From: Rhizophagus irregularis
Taxonomy: Eukaryota
Assembly: GCF_026210795.1 (NCBI RefSeq)
Contig: NC_089435.1
Location: forward strand, 744,001-808,000
Direction: 5' to 3'
DNA length: 64,000 bases
The notes beneath the pieces were generated by a model, which did not search any database, had not been told where the DNA came from, and saw only the letters and a list, made by a program, of their open reading frames with translations. Shown here piece by piece: positions 25,144-38,500 of this stretch. The position numbers were made by a program, and so were the translations under genes. The first letter of the stretch is position 1. The number at the start of each line of letters is the position of its first letter.

Positions 25144-25892
25144 ATGACTATTCAAGTTTTCGGACACACTACATCTACTTTTTGTCTTGTATTATCCCAC
25201 GTTCTTAAAGAACCACCACTAGCTAGGATTATCTTATGAAGTCGTTCAACTAAATAGTACCGAAGAAATTAAATCTCCAGAATATCTAGCTACCAAGCAT
25301 CCTTTGTAAGCGAGGAAATTATTTTCTTTCTCTGAAGTTGTGCTCGTCACAAAAACATCACGAGTCAACTAACTAATTTGAACTTTTTTCATCTTTTTTA
25401 ATAGCGGAAAAATTCTTTCTCTCAATTATGATGAATTTCAAATTTACGAGACTCGTGCAATAGCTCGTTATTTGATAAATAAATATCAAGGAACCAAAAC
25501 TTTTACCGTTCTTATTCCTTCAGATGTCGCTTTGGTATAACAATTCATTTCTGTAGAAGCCTCTCATTTTACTCAACCTTTAAGTAAATTGATTGTGCAA
25601 TTAGTATTTAAGAAACGTCATGGTAAAGAACCTGATCTTAAAATTGTTAACGAAACTCGCGAAAAACTTAATAAAACTTTAGATGTTACGACAAATTATT
25701 GGTGGGTAAAGATTATTTAACAGGGAATTTTCTCTAGCTGATCTTCTTCATATTCCTTATACTTTTTATGCTATTAATATTGCTGGTGAAAGTGAATTAT
25801 GGGATAAACGTCCTAATGTTTCTAGATGATGGGAGAACATTAGTGAACGTGAATGTTGGAAAAATATTGCCACTGAATATAAAATAGCGTAA
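25144..25892 (+). pseudogene. Glutathione S-transferase pseudogene
   Basis: Full-length paralog of 23267..24008 with the same intron. Carries a frameshifting insertion near 25213 (ccaccactag), further small deletions and a TGG>TGA change near 25828. Confidence 0.9.
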
Positions 25893-28657
25893 TTTATATA
25901 TTTTTATTTTAAATTGCGATAATAGTTTATCTTCATTTATATACTGTATATTATTATATTTTTAAATTATAAGTAATAGCGCATATTAATATATTTCTTT
26001 TACTTCAAATAAATGTAATTTTTAACCGATTGTGAATATGCATGATTAAATGATTCGCCATTAGTACAAGAAGGTGCTATTATAAGCGACTAGATTTATG
26101 TCTTTCCATGATTCTTGAAGTCATGAACCTTTTACACCTATGATACGGTCTTATTTAATTATTGAAGGTCGTTGTTGAATTTTTGGCTGTCATTGTCATG
26201 ACAACAATCATTCAATATTGACCGTAATATAATATCGAAGTGCCTAATAACAGTTATATCGCAAGCAATCTTACAACTGCCTCAATGTTAAACCAAATTT
26301 GATTAATGATTTCTATAACTGTTCTATTCACTTTTATTTTCTTTATATTGTTAGTGAATGATGTGGGATACCAAGTATTGTTATTGGCTATATCGAATAT
26401 CGATGAAAATTTGACACTGGATATCAAAATTTTACCTTAATAGTTAGTAACGATGCATACGAACATTCGTCGGAAGCAAAATTTTTCCGCATGTCTTGTA
26501 TTATTACGTATTATTAGTTAGTTATTTTATTTAGATCCGAGTTTAGGTCTTTTAGGGCCGTCTAGCTATTAGTAATAAGTTAAAAAATATTTCGTAATTT
26601 ATATTTCCTAAAGGTATCGTTGATATACCTGGCTCACGAGCTGGCTTCGAGCTATATGAATGATTATCAGATAATTATCATGTAAAAATTATATTATCTT
26701 TTGTTAATTAAATTAATTTATATGGCAAGAAAACTTTAAACAATAAACATTTTTTTAAACAAAATAAAATTTTGATTGTTATATATACAACGCTATAAGA
26801 AAAAAAAATCATTTATTTTCTAAATATAATAAGAGAATTTGGTTTTTTTTAAAAAAAAAATCTATTTTTTATTTTTTATTTTTTTTTTGATAAAATTAGA
26901 TCGCATAACACATGATCTATCGTTTTTTAGCTATTGTATTATGTATAGGATATCGTAACGGTTATCTCCATTTTGGATTACTAATTTTTTTAAAAAAAGA
27001 GAATTTAAATCTTTTTTTTTGGTTTATATAGGTTGGAATAATAAAATAATCTTAATTTTTTTTGTTAAGATTGCGTCTCAAAAAAGATCGGTGAAGGCTT
27101 CGTGAATCGTGATTATGTCAGTATCTAAGTCCGTATCTGATTGTGGGTTTTTTTATACGAATCGAGGTGTTTAAATATGGTTTGCTTATTAATGGGTTGG
27201 TTTGGCAAAAATTATATTATTTACTGCAATTTTTTTAATTGACTAACTCTTTTTATTTTAGGCTATGATTGTACTTCATCATAAATAAATTACGATTTTA
27301 GCATTACGCTCGTTATTTTGATATAATTGTATTATTATAGGCGTTGAAATCTGTTGAAATGCTGAATACTAAAATAATTTTAGCGAACAGACTTGTCGGA
27401 TCCATTTTAAGATTATTTTTTCAGTTTTTTGAACCGAACTATTTTTTTAAGCCATTTATTTATTTATTTTTCGAAAATTTAATAACTTTTTAATTTATTT
27501 TTTTTTTAAAAAACCTTTAAAACCGAAAAAAATAAAGTTTTTCTCACTTTTATTCTGGATTCAAGTTCGAAACATCCAAATAGATAACATCGACTGTGGA
27601 AAATCGGTAAGTCATTCTATTTTTTTTAGAATAAAAAAAATTTATTACAGTATTATTATATTAAAAATATGAAAAATTATAATTTTATGTACTTTTCTTT
27701 ATTTTAATATAAATAGGTTAACTAATTAAAATTTTTTTTAAAAAAAAATGTTCACTAACGTAAGTTCATAACAAAAAAAAAAATTGTTTTCAGATTGACA
27801 CCTGAACGACTTACTCGTTTGATTCATTTTTGATAAACAACTTGAAAAAAACATTAAGTTCCCAAAAAATTTGAACTTGGAAGATTACAATAATTAATAA
27901 ATAAACTTTATTTTTATTACATTTAAATTATTTATACTTTTTCTTTTTCTCAATTTTTATATTAATATATAAATATGATTTATTGATGAGATAAAAAAAA
28001 ATGAATATATAAAAATAATAATATTATAAACCCAAAATTACAAACATTTTGAATTGATATATAGAGGTAAGGTGCAGCCAAAAAAAATTACGCATTTTTT
28101 AAGGGCCGGAATTATGATAATGCCAGTCAGGCTCTAAAAAAGGAAATAAATTCCGGCCGGGATATCTATAAAAGGAAAGATCTACATGATTATTTTGGTC
28201 AATTCTACGCAAACCCTTACCCTACCTTTTATGTATAGTTCGGGGTCCTATGTATCTACCATATCGATCAAATTTACAGATTTAATAACATGCAAAACGT
28301 AAGAGAATTTTTTTTTTTCGGATAATGAAATTATTAAAATAAAAACTTTATAGTTTATACCTTTTTTGTTCTTTTTAACCGAAACAAGGGGATCAACTGA
28401 AACAAGGAGTACATTTTTATTCTATTCATTTGGTGGAATGCACCAGGGCGTTCTTTGTACCTGTGTATTTTGAATTAACAAAGTACAAAAAAAAACCAAA
28501 TCGGGGTAAACATGCATCGAATTTACTGTAGTACTAAGGCGAATTCACCGATAGAAAAAGAAAATTCTATATTCTATTCAGAAGTTCATTATATAAAAAT
28601 TTGAAAAACTATAAATTTGTTGAATTTTCTATATTGCTTATACTGTAATATTATAAA

Positions 28658-31121
28658 ATGGAACTTGTAAAATTAAATGAAAAAATTCTTTTGATCCAAC
28701 ACCAAGATTAAAATCTAGCCCTGTGCCAATTTTTTTTGTTTCTTTTGATGGAAGAGATAATAATTGTATTCATTGTGGAGAAAAATATACACAAACGAAA
28801 TATTCGCATCAATATTATTGTGAAAATTGTTTATCATGTTATTTAACTAATATAACCGATAATGACATATACTTGGACGTGTTATTCACAAAGGACTTGG
28901 AATGTAATGAACATGAAATAAGTAGAACAAAAATACCACAAAATATTCAAGAATACTGTAGAAATTGTTTGATAATATTATTTTTTAGACAAATAATCAG
29001 TTTTAATAAGGATTATACTCTTTGGGGTTTAATTACTATTGAAAACTATTGTAAACTATGTGGAAAATTATTATATCACCGTAGTATGCAATTTAAATGG
29101 TGTTCAGATTGTTATCTAATTTCTTCTGGATATATAGAATCAAACTTAACCAAAAAACTTATTTCAATTATTTATTTTCCATGGTGGGAAGATAATTCTA
29201 ATTGTTATTGCGGTGAACTACTAGTATTTACATCAAACTGTCAAAAGTATTGTGAGAACTGTTTTATATTTTTTATTGGATGTAGATATTGTTTAACAAC
29301 AAATATTATTTTTGGAATTACAAATCAATCACAATGTAAAAAATGCAAGAGAGTAACAACTATTATACTAGATAGCAAAAAGATTATTAGTATTAACAGT
29401 GGGAACAGTGTTTTAGATGATTTTCTTGTTAGTATAAGATCTTATCAATCGGAAATAGCTAAATTTACTAGCGTTATTAAAAATATTGATAAGTGCTTCG
29501 CTCCAAGCGAAATAAATAATATTTTTAGAAACCGTCACAAAAGTTCAAGATCATTAATGAAATATATACCATATTCTAAATTTACGAATGTAAAAAAAAT
29601 AGCAGAAGGAGGATTTAGTATAATATATCAAGCAACTTTGTTAGATGGTATAAAATATGATTTTCGGACTGAAAATATTTTAATTTTAAAAAAATTTAAA
29701 AATTCTCAATATGCTGAAGAATATCTTTTGAGAGAGGTAAGTATTTTAAAGATTAAAAGATTGGTATTTATTTTATAAAAATTTTAAATTTTAATCTCAA
29801 AATTTATAGTTAATGTCGAATCATTATGGTTATACAGATAACAGAAATTTTTATGTTCATATGGTGGTTAATACTTATGGTTTTACAAAAGACCCTCGAG
29901 TAGATAGATTAGATAGTTATATATTAGTTATGGAATATGCTCCAAGTGGAGATTTACATAAGTATCTACAAAAGAACTTTACAGAAATTGATTGGAGAAA
30001 AAAAAAATTAGTTATTCTATTTAATATTACAAATGGGTATTTAAATTTTAAACATATTGGTAAATGATTAATTTATAATACAAATTTATTAATTATTATT
30101 GTTTTAGACTTCAGAGCATTCATAATATAAATTTCGTACATCGAGATTTACACACTGGAAATACGTTGATACGTGAATCTGATGGGTTTTGCAAATGTAA
30201 AATCGGAGATCTAGGATTATCACGACCTGAAAATGATACCTCATTGGATGATGAAATATATGGAGTAATACCTTATATTGCACCAGAAATATTTATGGGG
30301 TCTGCATTTTCTAAAAAATCTGATATTTATAGTCTGGGTATGATTATGTGGGAACTTACAACAGGTTGTAAGCCTTTTGCTAATGTTGAACATGATATTG
30401 ATCTAATTATCAAAATTATTGATGGTTTACGACCTGAAATTACAGAAGATACACCAGAATGTTATGCTAATTTAATGAGAAGTTGTTGGAATCCTGATCC
30501 CACAAAGAGACCTTCTATAAGTGTCATTGAGAGCATTTGTCGTGAATGGTATTATCAGTTTAACGATGTTGATCAATTTGATCAAGCTGAATTAAAAAGG
30601 AAAAAGTTAATAGATTCAAAGAAGCTTGGTCCTAAGTTTAGTGAAAAGTCTCATCCAAAAGCTATTTATACAAGTAGATTATTAAGTTCTTACATTTCTA
30701 AATGTTCATCTATATTTTCCAATTGTTCATCTATCAATTTTTCATCAAACGGTATGTACTATGCTATTTTAATAAAAGTCATCTTCGATAGATAAATTAA
30801 AATTTTTTTTTTTTTTCGTAGGTTACATTTCAAACGAATTAGAATTTGACATAGACATTAAAAGGTATTTTAAAATTAAAAATAATTAATAAGTAATTTA
30901 TAATTTAAGTCCAATAACGAAATCTTCAACAAAATACAATTTTATATTAGTAGCAAACTCGACTCACTTGGAACTAAGCGAAATATTGAAGAATTAAATA
31001 TTAATTCTTTTGAAAATAATGGTAAATATTTTATTTGATTAAATGTTATCAAGATTTATTTATATCCTTATTATTTTATTTTTTCTAATTTAAAATAGGA
31101 AAACGCCTCAAAGAAAAATAA
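28658..31121 (+). CDS. TKL-like protein kinase with Cys-rich N-terminal region; 1-nt frameshift just after the ATG
   Basis: Multi-exon (28658-29736, 29810-~30035, ~30108-30751, short 3' exons to TAA at 31121). Motifs IAEGGFSIIY, HRDLHTGN, IGDLGLS, GVIPYIAPE, SDIYSLG, CWNPDPTKRP. The ATG is out of frame with SFDPTPRLKSSP because of the A6 run at 28680-28685. Confidence 0.85.
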
Positions 31122-32368
31122 TGAAGAAATAAGAAATGGGAAAAATTTTTCGTATAAATATAATAATATATCTTATTTTTAATATTTTATTTATGTATAT
31201 TCCTTTTTTTTTATTATTATTATGCAATATTATTCAATTAGCTTTGGTGAAATGGTTCATTTTCGCAGAGTCAAAGTAGCTTAAATTTGAATCCATAAGG
31301 CGCAGTTAAAATCATAAAAAGATAAAATTCTTAACGGTCAAAAGGACTTAGCGGGATAATTAAATCATAACTTGAACCGATTGACAAACTTTCGAAAGTT
31401 GTTTCGTGTATACTAAAATTTAAATTCACTTCAACTTAAATTTATAAAGCGCATAGGATTTTGTAAAGCGTGCTAGATTTATATAATAAACATTCATGGT
31501 GTTTTGTTTAAAAATTTCCAATTTATTTAAGATAATTTAATGCCAAAAAAAAAAAATGTTTGCTTTTCTTGTTATATATATGTATATAATATATATATAT
31601 ATAATCACGCCAATATTATATACGTCAATATTATATAAATCTTACCCATATATATATATTACTAAATATATAAAGATATTTTGAAAATATAGATAGAATG
31701 GATATCGTTAGAATAAACTTTAATTTAGACTCATCTGCATCACTTTTAATACATCTTAGTTAATTGAAAGCATCAAATAAGTAAGTTTAACAAAAAAATT
31801 AAAAAGACGAAATTATCATAACGAATTTTTATTATTAGAAAATACTTTTTAAAATTTTTCAATAAAAAAAAAAATTTATTTGTGTTTTAATTTTAATTTA
31901 AATTCTTTAAGAGTAAAAATTACACTTAATTAATTAGTTACAAAAAAAAAAAAAAAAAAAAAAATCACGACACCGAAAAAACTAATAAATAATGAATCGG
32001 ATAATCTTTACAGTTAGAATGGTTTAGAGTTTGAGTTCTACTATTAATTTTTTTTCAATACTATATATATCATATTCTTTTCCTTTTCCTCTTATAACGA
32101 TCATTAGGAGTATATGATCAAAAATCAAGCTAACTTTTTTATAAAATTTCTTAGATCATTAATTCCGAAATTGGATCTGCATAAATAATTTAAATATTGT
32201 TAATCCTTACTTAAATTATATAAGAACAAAAAATGTGGTAATACAAAAAATGTCGTACAACCTTGATCTTAACCTTATTTAATGATCTGACGGACTATGA
32301 TACTATGAACTTCTTTTCCCCCTTCTTTTTAAATAAAAAAAAAAGAAATTTAACGATATTATCAAAAA

Positions 32369-34432
32369 ATGTTAAATAATATTATGAATATTAATATTTC
32401 TAAAGATGATGAAAATTTTTTAAAGAATTTTTTAAAAGATTTTCATAAAAAAATTATTGAAACAAATGATTTTAGTAATTATGAATATTATTTAAGTGAA
32501 TGGGTAAAATTTAATCTTGAAAATAATGATAAAAATCCTGAAAATATTCTTAAAATGATGGAAAATCATGATGAAAATAAATTTTGGTTCACAAGTTTAT
32601 TAGGATTTTTTTATCAATTTGGTATTGGTTGTTATCTTAATAGAGAAAAAGCGTTAGATTTTTATTATATTCTCACCACCATTGATAATAATAATAAAAT
32701 TAAGGAAAATGATGATGATGATTTTAATCAATTAAATTTAATTGAAAAAAATGATGATACATTTGATTTATTAAGAAATAATAATATAGTTATTGGAAAA
32801 TATTTGTTATCATTATTTTATTATAAAGATAATATTTTATTTGATTATACGTATAAACAAAATAAATCAGTACATCTTTTAAAATTATCTGGAAATAATG
32901 ATTTAGAATTAGAATATAATTCAAGAATTTGTTTTGAAAATGATGATGATTTGAAAACTAATTATCGAAAAATTTTTGAATTACTTTTAAACTTGGCTGA
33001 TAATGAAAATTTAGATGCACAATATAATTTAGCAATATGTTATATGGATGGTATAGGAACATATAAAGATGAAACGAAAGCATTTGATTTATTTTTAAAA
33101 TCTGATCAAATTGATGAATGTCTTAATACTCAGAATGAAGTTGAAAAGTATAAATTTGAAAAGAATTTAAAATCTGCAATATTAAATAATTCAATAGCAC
33201 AAAATGATGTGGGATTTTTTTATCAATTTAGTAAAGGAATAAATAAAAATGAAATAAAAGCATTTGAATGGTATTTAAAATCTGCTATTGCAGGATGTGC
33301 TGATGGTCAATGTAATTTGGGATTTTGTTATGGTAATGGTATAGGAATAGATAAGAATGAAATAAAAGCATTTGAATGGTATTTAAAATCTGCTGAAAAT
33401 CATTATGCAATAGGTCAACTTAATTTGGGAAATTGTTATCAGTATGGTAAAGGAACAAATAAAAATGAAACAAAAGCATTTGAATGGTACAAAAAGTCGG
33501 CTATTGCAGGATGTGCTAGTGGTCAATGTAGTTTGGCTTATTGCTATGAACATGGTATAGGAACAATTAAAAATGTAATAAAAGCATTTGAATGGTACAA
33601 AAAGTCGGCTATTGCAGGTTGTGCTAGAGGACAATATAGTTTAGGTTATTGTTATAACTATAGTATAGGAACAAATGAAGATGAAACAAAAGCATTTGAA
33701 TGGTACAAAAAATCTGCCATTGCAGGATGTGCTGATGGACAATATAATTTAGGTTTATGTTATGAGTGTGGTATAGGAACTGAAAGTAATGAAATAAAAG
33801 CATTTGAATGGTATACTAAATCGGCTATTGCGGGATGTGCTAGTGGACAATATGGTTTAGGATATTGTTATGATTATGGTATAGGGACAAATGAAGATGA
33901 AACAAAAGCATTTGAATGGTACAAGAAAGCAGCCGAAAATGGTGATGCTGTAGCACAAAATACTTTAGGAAGTTGTTACCAATATGGTAAAGGAACAGAT
34001 AAAAATGATACAAAAGCATATGAATGGTATTTAAAATCAGCTGAAAATGGTGATTTAACGGGTCAAACTAATGTGGGTTATTGTTACCAAAATGGCAAAG
34101 GAATAGATAAAAATGAAACAAAAGCATTTGAATGGTTCTTAAAATCAGCTAATGCAGGGTGTGATACTGGTAAATATAATTTAGGATATTGCTATGAACA
34201 TGGCATAGGAACAGATAAAAATGAATTCAAAGCATTTGAATCGTACTTAAATTCGGCTGAAAGTGGTAATGTAAAAGCACAAAATTGTGTAGGTGAATGT
34301 TATCATAATGGTATTGGAGTTGATATAGATGTTTCTGAAGCAATTTATTGGTTTGAAAAAGCTGCAGATAATGGATTCAAAGAAGCAAAAGAAAAGTTAA
34401 ATAATATTTTATCATATATCTATAAACCTTAG
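32369..34432 (+). CDS. Sel1-like repeat (SLR) protein, 687 aa
   Basis: Uninterrupted ORF with about a dozen 36-aa repeats (GQYNLGYCY..GIGT..NE.KAFEWY.KSA..G). Confidence 0.93.
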   Translation: MLNNIMNINISKDDENFLKNFLKDFHKKIIETNDFSNYEYYLSEWVKFNLENNDKNPENILKMMENHDENKFWFTSLLGFFYQFGIGCYLNREKALDFYYILTTIDNNNKIKENDDDDFNQLNLIEKNDDTFDLLRNNNIVIGKYLLSLFYYKDNILFDYTYKQNKSVHLLKLSGNNDLELEYNSRICFENDDDLKTNYRKIFELLLNLADNENLDAQYNLAICYMDGIGTYKDETKAFDLFLKSDQIDECLNTQNEVEKYKFEKNLKSAILNNSIAQNDVGFFYQFSKGINKNEIKAFEWYLKSAIAGCADGQCNLGFCYGNGIGIDKNEIKAFEWYLKSAENHYAIGQLNLGNCYQYGKGTNKNETKAFEWYKKSAIAGCASGQCSLAYCYEHGIGTIKNVIKAFEWYKKSAIAGCARGQYSLGYCYNYSIGTNEDETKAFEWYKKSAIAGCADGQYNLGLCYECGIGTESNEIKAFEWYTKSAIAGCASGQYGLGYCYDYGIGTNEDETKAFEWYKKAAENGDAVAQNTLGSCYQYGKGTDKNDTKAYEWYLKSAENGDLTGQTNVGYCYQNGKGIDKNETKAFEWFLKSANAGCDTGKYNLGYCYEHGIGTDKNEFKAFESYLNSAESGNVKAQNCVGECYHNGIGVDIDVSEAIYWFEKAADNGFKEAKEKLNNILSYIYKP

Positions 34433-34559
34433 TAAAAATAATAGTAGTAAAAAGTTCTGTTTCTTGTTTTTGGTTATACATCTCTTCCTTATTAAATCTT
34501 TACTATAAAACATTACTATAAAATTTAAATATAAAATAAAAAAAATAAAAACATATAAT

Positions 34560-34980
34560 TACTAGCTTATTAAAATGGTATTTATCACTTTTAAATCCAC
34601 CTATAAAGTTTAACTTTTTCTTGTGACAAAATTCAAGGAAGCATCCATCATTTTGGCTAACATTTATTCTGATCTTTAGGAGATAAAATTTTTTTAGGAT
34701 GATATTTATCAGCATAGTTGCATTCTCAACTAATTTTATGTACAACTTTTATACCATCTTCAACAAGAACTTCAGTACATTTTCTTTTAAAGCTGAATCC
34801 CTTTTGTAATACATATTCATTTAGAAAAGTTTCTGCATCAATCCATGTTTGAAAGAATAACATATTTTCATTTTCAGAGTCATCAGTATCAAAAGTTTTT
34901 AATGTAGGTTTATTTTTATTTTCCATTTCATTAATAAAAAGCAAAGTCATTTCTGATATGTTATCATTAAAATTTAAGAG
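34560..34980 (-). pseudogene. Remnant of a FAR1-type (MULE transposase N-terminal) domain
   Basis: Reads FQTWIDAETFLNEYVLQKGFSFKRK.TE...DG..V.KIS*EC..ADKYHPKK, which resembles the FAR1 DNA-binding domain. Contains stops. Confidence 0.6.
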
Positions 34981-35556
34981 GACAGTTGTTTTTATTTGAA
35001 AATGTAATATTATGAGGCAAAAAATTAATTATATTCATTAATAGTATCCATTTTATTTAGACTAGCATTTAAAGATAAATTTTGAATTTTTTTAAGAGAA
35101 TAATTGTTTGAAATGGTGGAAATAAAAGTAAGTTTACTGATAAAATGGATTTAATCATTTTAATAAAAAAAAAAAAATAGTTGAAACTTTAAAGTAATAG
35201 TCAAATAACATGTAGTTATCATTTACATGATGTGAATTTCCCCAGTTATTTTCAAACAAAATATTATTATAAGCTTTGTAATTATAGAAAAATTACTAAG
35301 ATAAATTACATATTATTTTATTATTAATAAGCTATTTTACATATAATTTGTGAATGCCATGGCCAATTTTTTAATTCCAGTTTTTTTGTAACACACTGTC
35401 AAAAAGTAAATTTTATAATAATATTTTTAAGTATTCAGTTGTTATTATTATTTATAAGGAATAATATTATATAATATTATTAAAAATTTGTAAAAGTATA
35501 TAATGTAAATATTTTCTGCATAATAACTGATAAATAATCCAATGAATAAAGAATAA

Positions 35557-38500
35557 TTAATCTTTAATTATACAATCCAAACCTTCAGACTTTTCTTGAA
35601 CTGGATCTTCTTGAACTAAAATTTCAGTAAGTTTACGACTTGTATAATATGCTTGTGAATGAGATTGTATAATAGAGGTACTTGCTTGTTCTTGTATTAA
35701 AGTTATTAAAGCTTTGTCTGCTTCTACAAATTCCAACATATCACTTTTTAATTGATCATCAATATTAGGTACTTCATAGACATATTCCCCATTCCTGTTT
35801 ATTTCATAAAATTCATCAATACATCTAATCCATTTAGATATAATATTTTCAAGCATTATTGTGGTTAGTCTATTGGAAGGATTTGAATCCCAACATTTTT
35901 CCATTAAATCTACATAACATTTCGGAGTATTTTTTTTAATTTCAGGGCGTTTTCCTTTACAAATATTCAGGATAAAGTGAAGATCATGTGCTTCATAATT
36001 AAATGGAGGAATGCCTGATGTAAATTCCCACATTATCATTGAAAAACTATAGATATCACTTGCTGGAGTATAGGGGTTATTTCTTAATATTTCAGGCGCC
36101 ATATAAGGTAAAACTCCATAAATTTTATTATCAGAATCCTGTAAATCACTTATAGGTTTACATAATCCTAAATCAATAATAAATAACTCATTGTAATTAT
36201 CTGACATTAAAATATTACCATCATGAAAGTCACCATGAGTTAAATTTGATTCATGAATTACTTTAAGTCCTAATACAATTTTTTTCAATAATTGTAACTT
36301 GTCTTGCCACTTAAATTTAATTATATTAGTTAAACATTTTCTCAAACTTCCTTTTTTTGCATAACTCATTATAATTATATAATTTAAATTATTTGGATCT
36401 TGGGTAATTCCAAAAAATTGAATGAATTTTGAAAACGATTTTTTTTGACAATTATAATGATATTTCCACTACAAAATGATAAAAACCATTAAATTTTTGC
36501 AAATGAAAATAAAATTCACCATTAAATATAAATACCTCATCTAGAAATTTATCATCTAAACTTGATGAATTATTAAGTGTTTTAAGAATGACTTCATAGC
36601 CTGTTTGAAAATTACATCTGTTCCATTGTTGCTTGTCAAAATTCCAACTAAAAATAGGTCCATCTGACCATATAGCTTTATGAATTTCACTAAATCCTCC
36701 TTTATCATAATAACTAATATTTGATAATTTATTATAAGGTATCCACTCTAAAATTTCATAACTATTTTTAGCATTAAGTTGTGCCTCTTGAATGAATTTA
36801 TCAATAAATTCATTTTTACTAGTCCACTTTGAAAAATCTTGTTGAAATCGTTTAGCATTACATTGTTGGCACCATTGATAATCAGTATATTGTTGTTTGC
36901 ATTCATTACATAATTCATCATTATTTTTCGAACTCACTTTGTTATTTTCTACCACTTTTTTATGCCAATAAAAAGCTTTTTCTAAATTCTTTTCTGTTCC
37001 TTTTCCATTTATATAACATTTGGTTAAAACATTCATTGCTTTTATATGGTTTTTTTCTGCTGCTTTTTGATACCAATAAAAGGCTTTTTCTAAGTTCATT
37101 TCTGTTCCATTTCCATTCTCATAGCATATGGCTAAATTAAACATTGCTTTTTCATTACTATTTTCTGCTGCTTTTTGATACCAATAAAAAGATTTTTCTA
37201 AATTCTTTTCTATTTCTTCTCCATTTTCATAACATATGGCTAAATTAAACATTGCTTCTTTAATACCATTTTCTGCCGCTTTTTGATACCAATAAAAAGC
37301 TTTTTCTAAATTCTTTTCTGTTCCTTCTCCATTTCTATAGTATTTATTGGCTAAATTAAACATTGCCTTTTTATTACTATTTTCTGCTGCTTTTTGGTAC
37401 CAATAAAAGGCTTTTACTAAATTCTTTTCTGTACCATCTCCATTTTCATAACATACGGCTAAATTAAACATTATTTCTTTAACACCATTTTCTGCTGCTT
37501 TTTGATACCAATAAAAAGCTTTTTTAAAATTCTTTTCTGTTCCTTCTCCATTGAAATAACTATTAGCTAAATTATACATTGCAACTTGATTACCATTTTT
37601 TGCTGCTTTTTTATACCAATAAAAGGCTTTTTCTAGGTTCCTTTCTATAACTTCTCCATTTTTATAACATATGGCTAAATTAAACATTGCTTTTTCATTA
37701 CTATTTTCTGCTGCTTTTTGGTACCAATAAAAGGCTTTTTCTAAGTTTCTTTCTGTTCCTTCTCCATTTTCATAAAAAATAGCTAAATTAAACATTATTT
37801 CTTTAACACCATTTTCTGCCACTTTTTGATACCAATAAAAAGATTTTTCTAAATTCTTTTCTGTTCCTTCTCCATTTTCATAACATATGGCTAAGTTAAA
37901 CATTGCATCTTGATTACCATTTTTTGCTGCTTCTTTATACCAATAAAAGGCTTTTTCTAAGTCCCTCTCTGTTCCTTCTCCATTTTCATAGCATATGGCT
38001 AAATTATTCATTGCTTTAATATGGTCTTTTACTGCTGCCTTTTGATACCAATACAAAACTTTTTCTAAATTCTTTTCTGTTCCTTCTCCATTTTCATAAC
38101 ATATGGCTAAATTAAACATTGCTTCAATATGATCTTTTTCTGCTGCTTTTTGATGCCAATAAAAAGCTTTTTCTAAGTTTTTTTCTGTTCCTTCCCCATT
38201 ATAATAACTCTTGGCTAAATTATACATTGCTTTAATATGGTCTTTTTCTGCTGCTTTTTGATACCAATAAAAGGCTTTTTCTAAATTCTTTTCTATTCCT
38301 TCTCCATAGTAATAACATATGGCTAAATTAAACATTGCTTTAATATGGTCTTTTTCTGCTGCTTTTTGATGCCAATAAAAGGCTTTTTCTAAGTTACTAT
38401 CTGTTCCTTCTCCATAGTAATATCTATTGGCTAAATTAAACATTGCTTCTTCATCACCATTTTCTGCTGCTTTTTGATACCAATAAAAAGCTTTTTCTAA

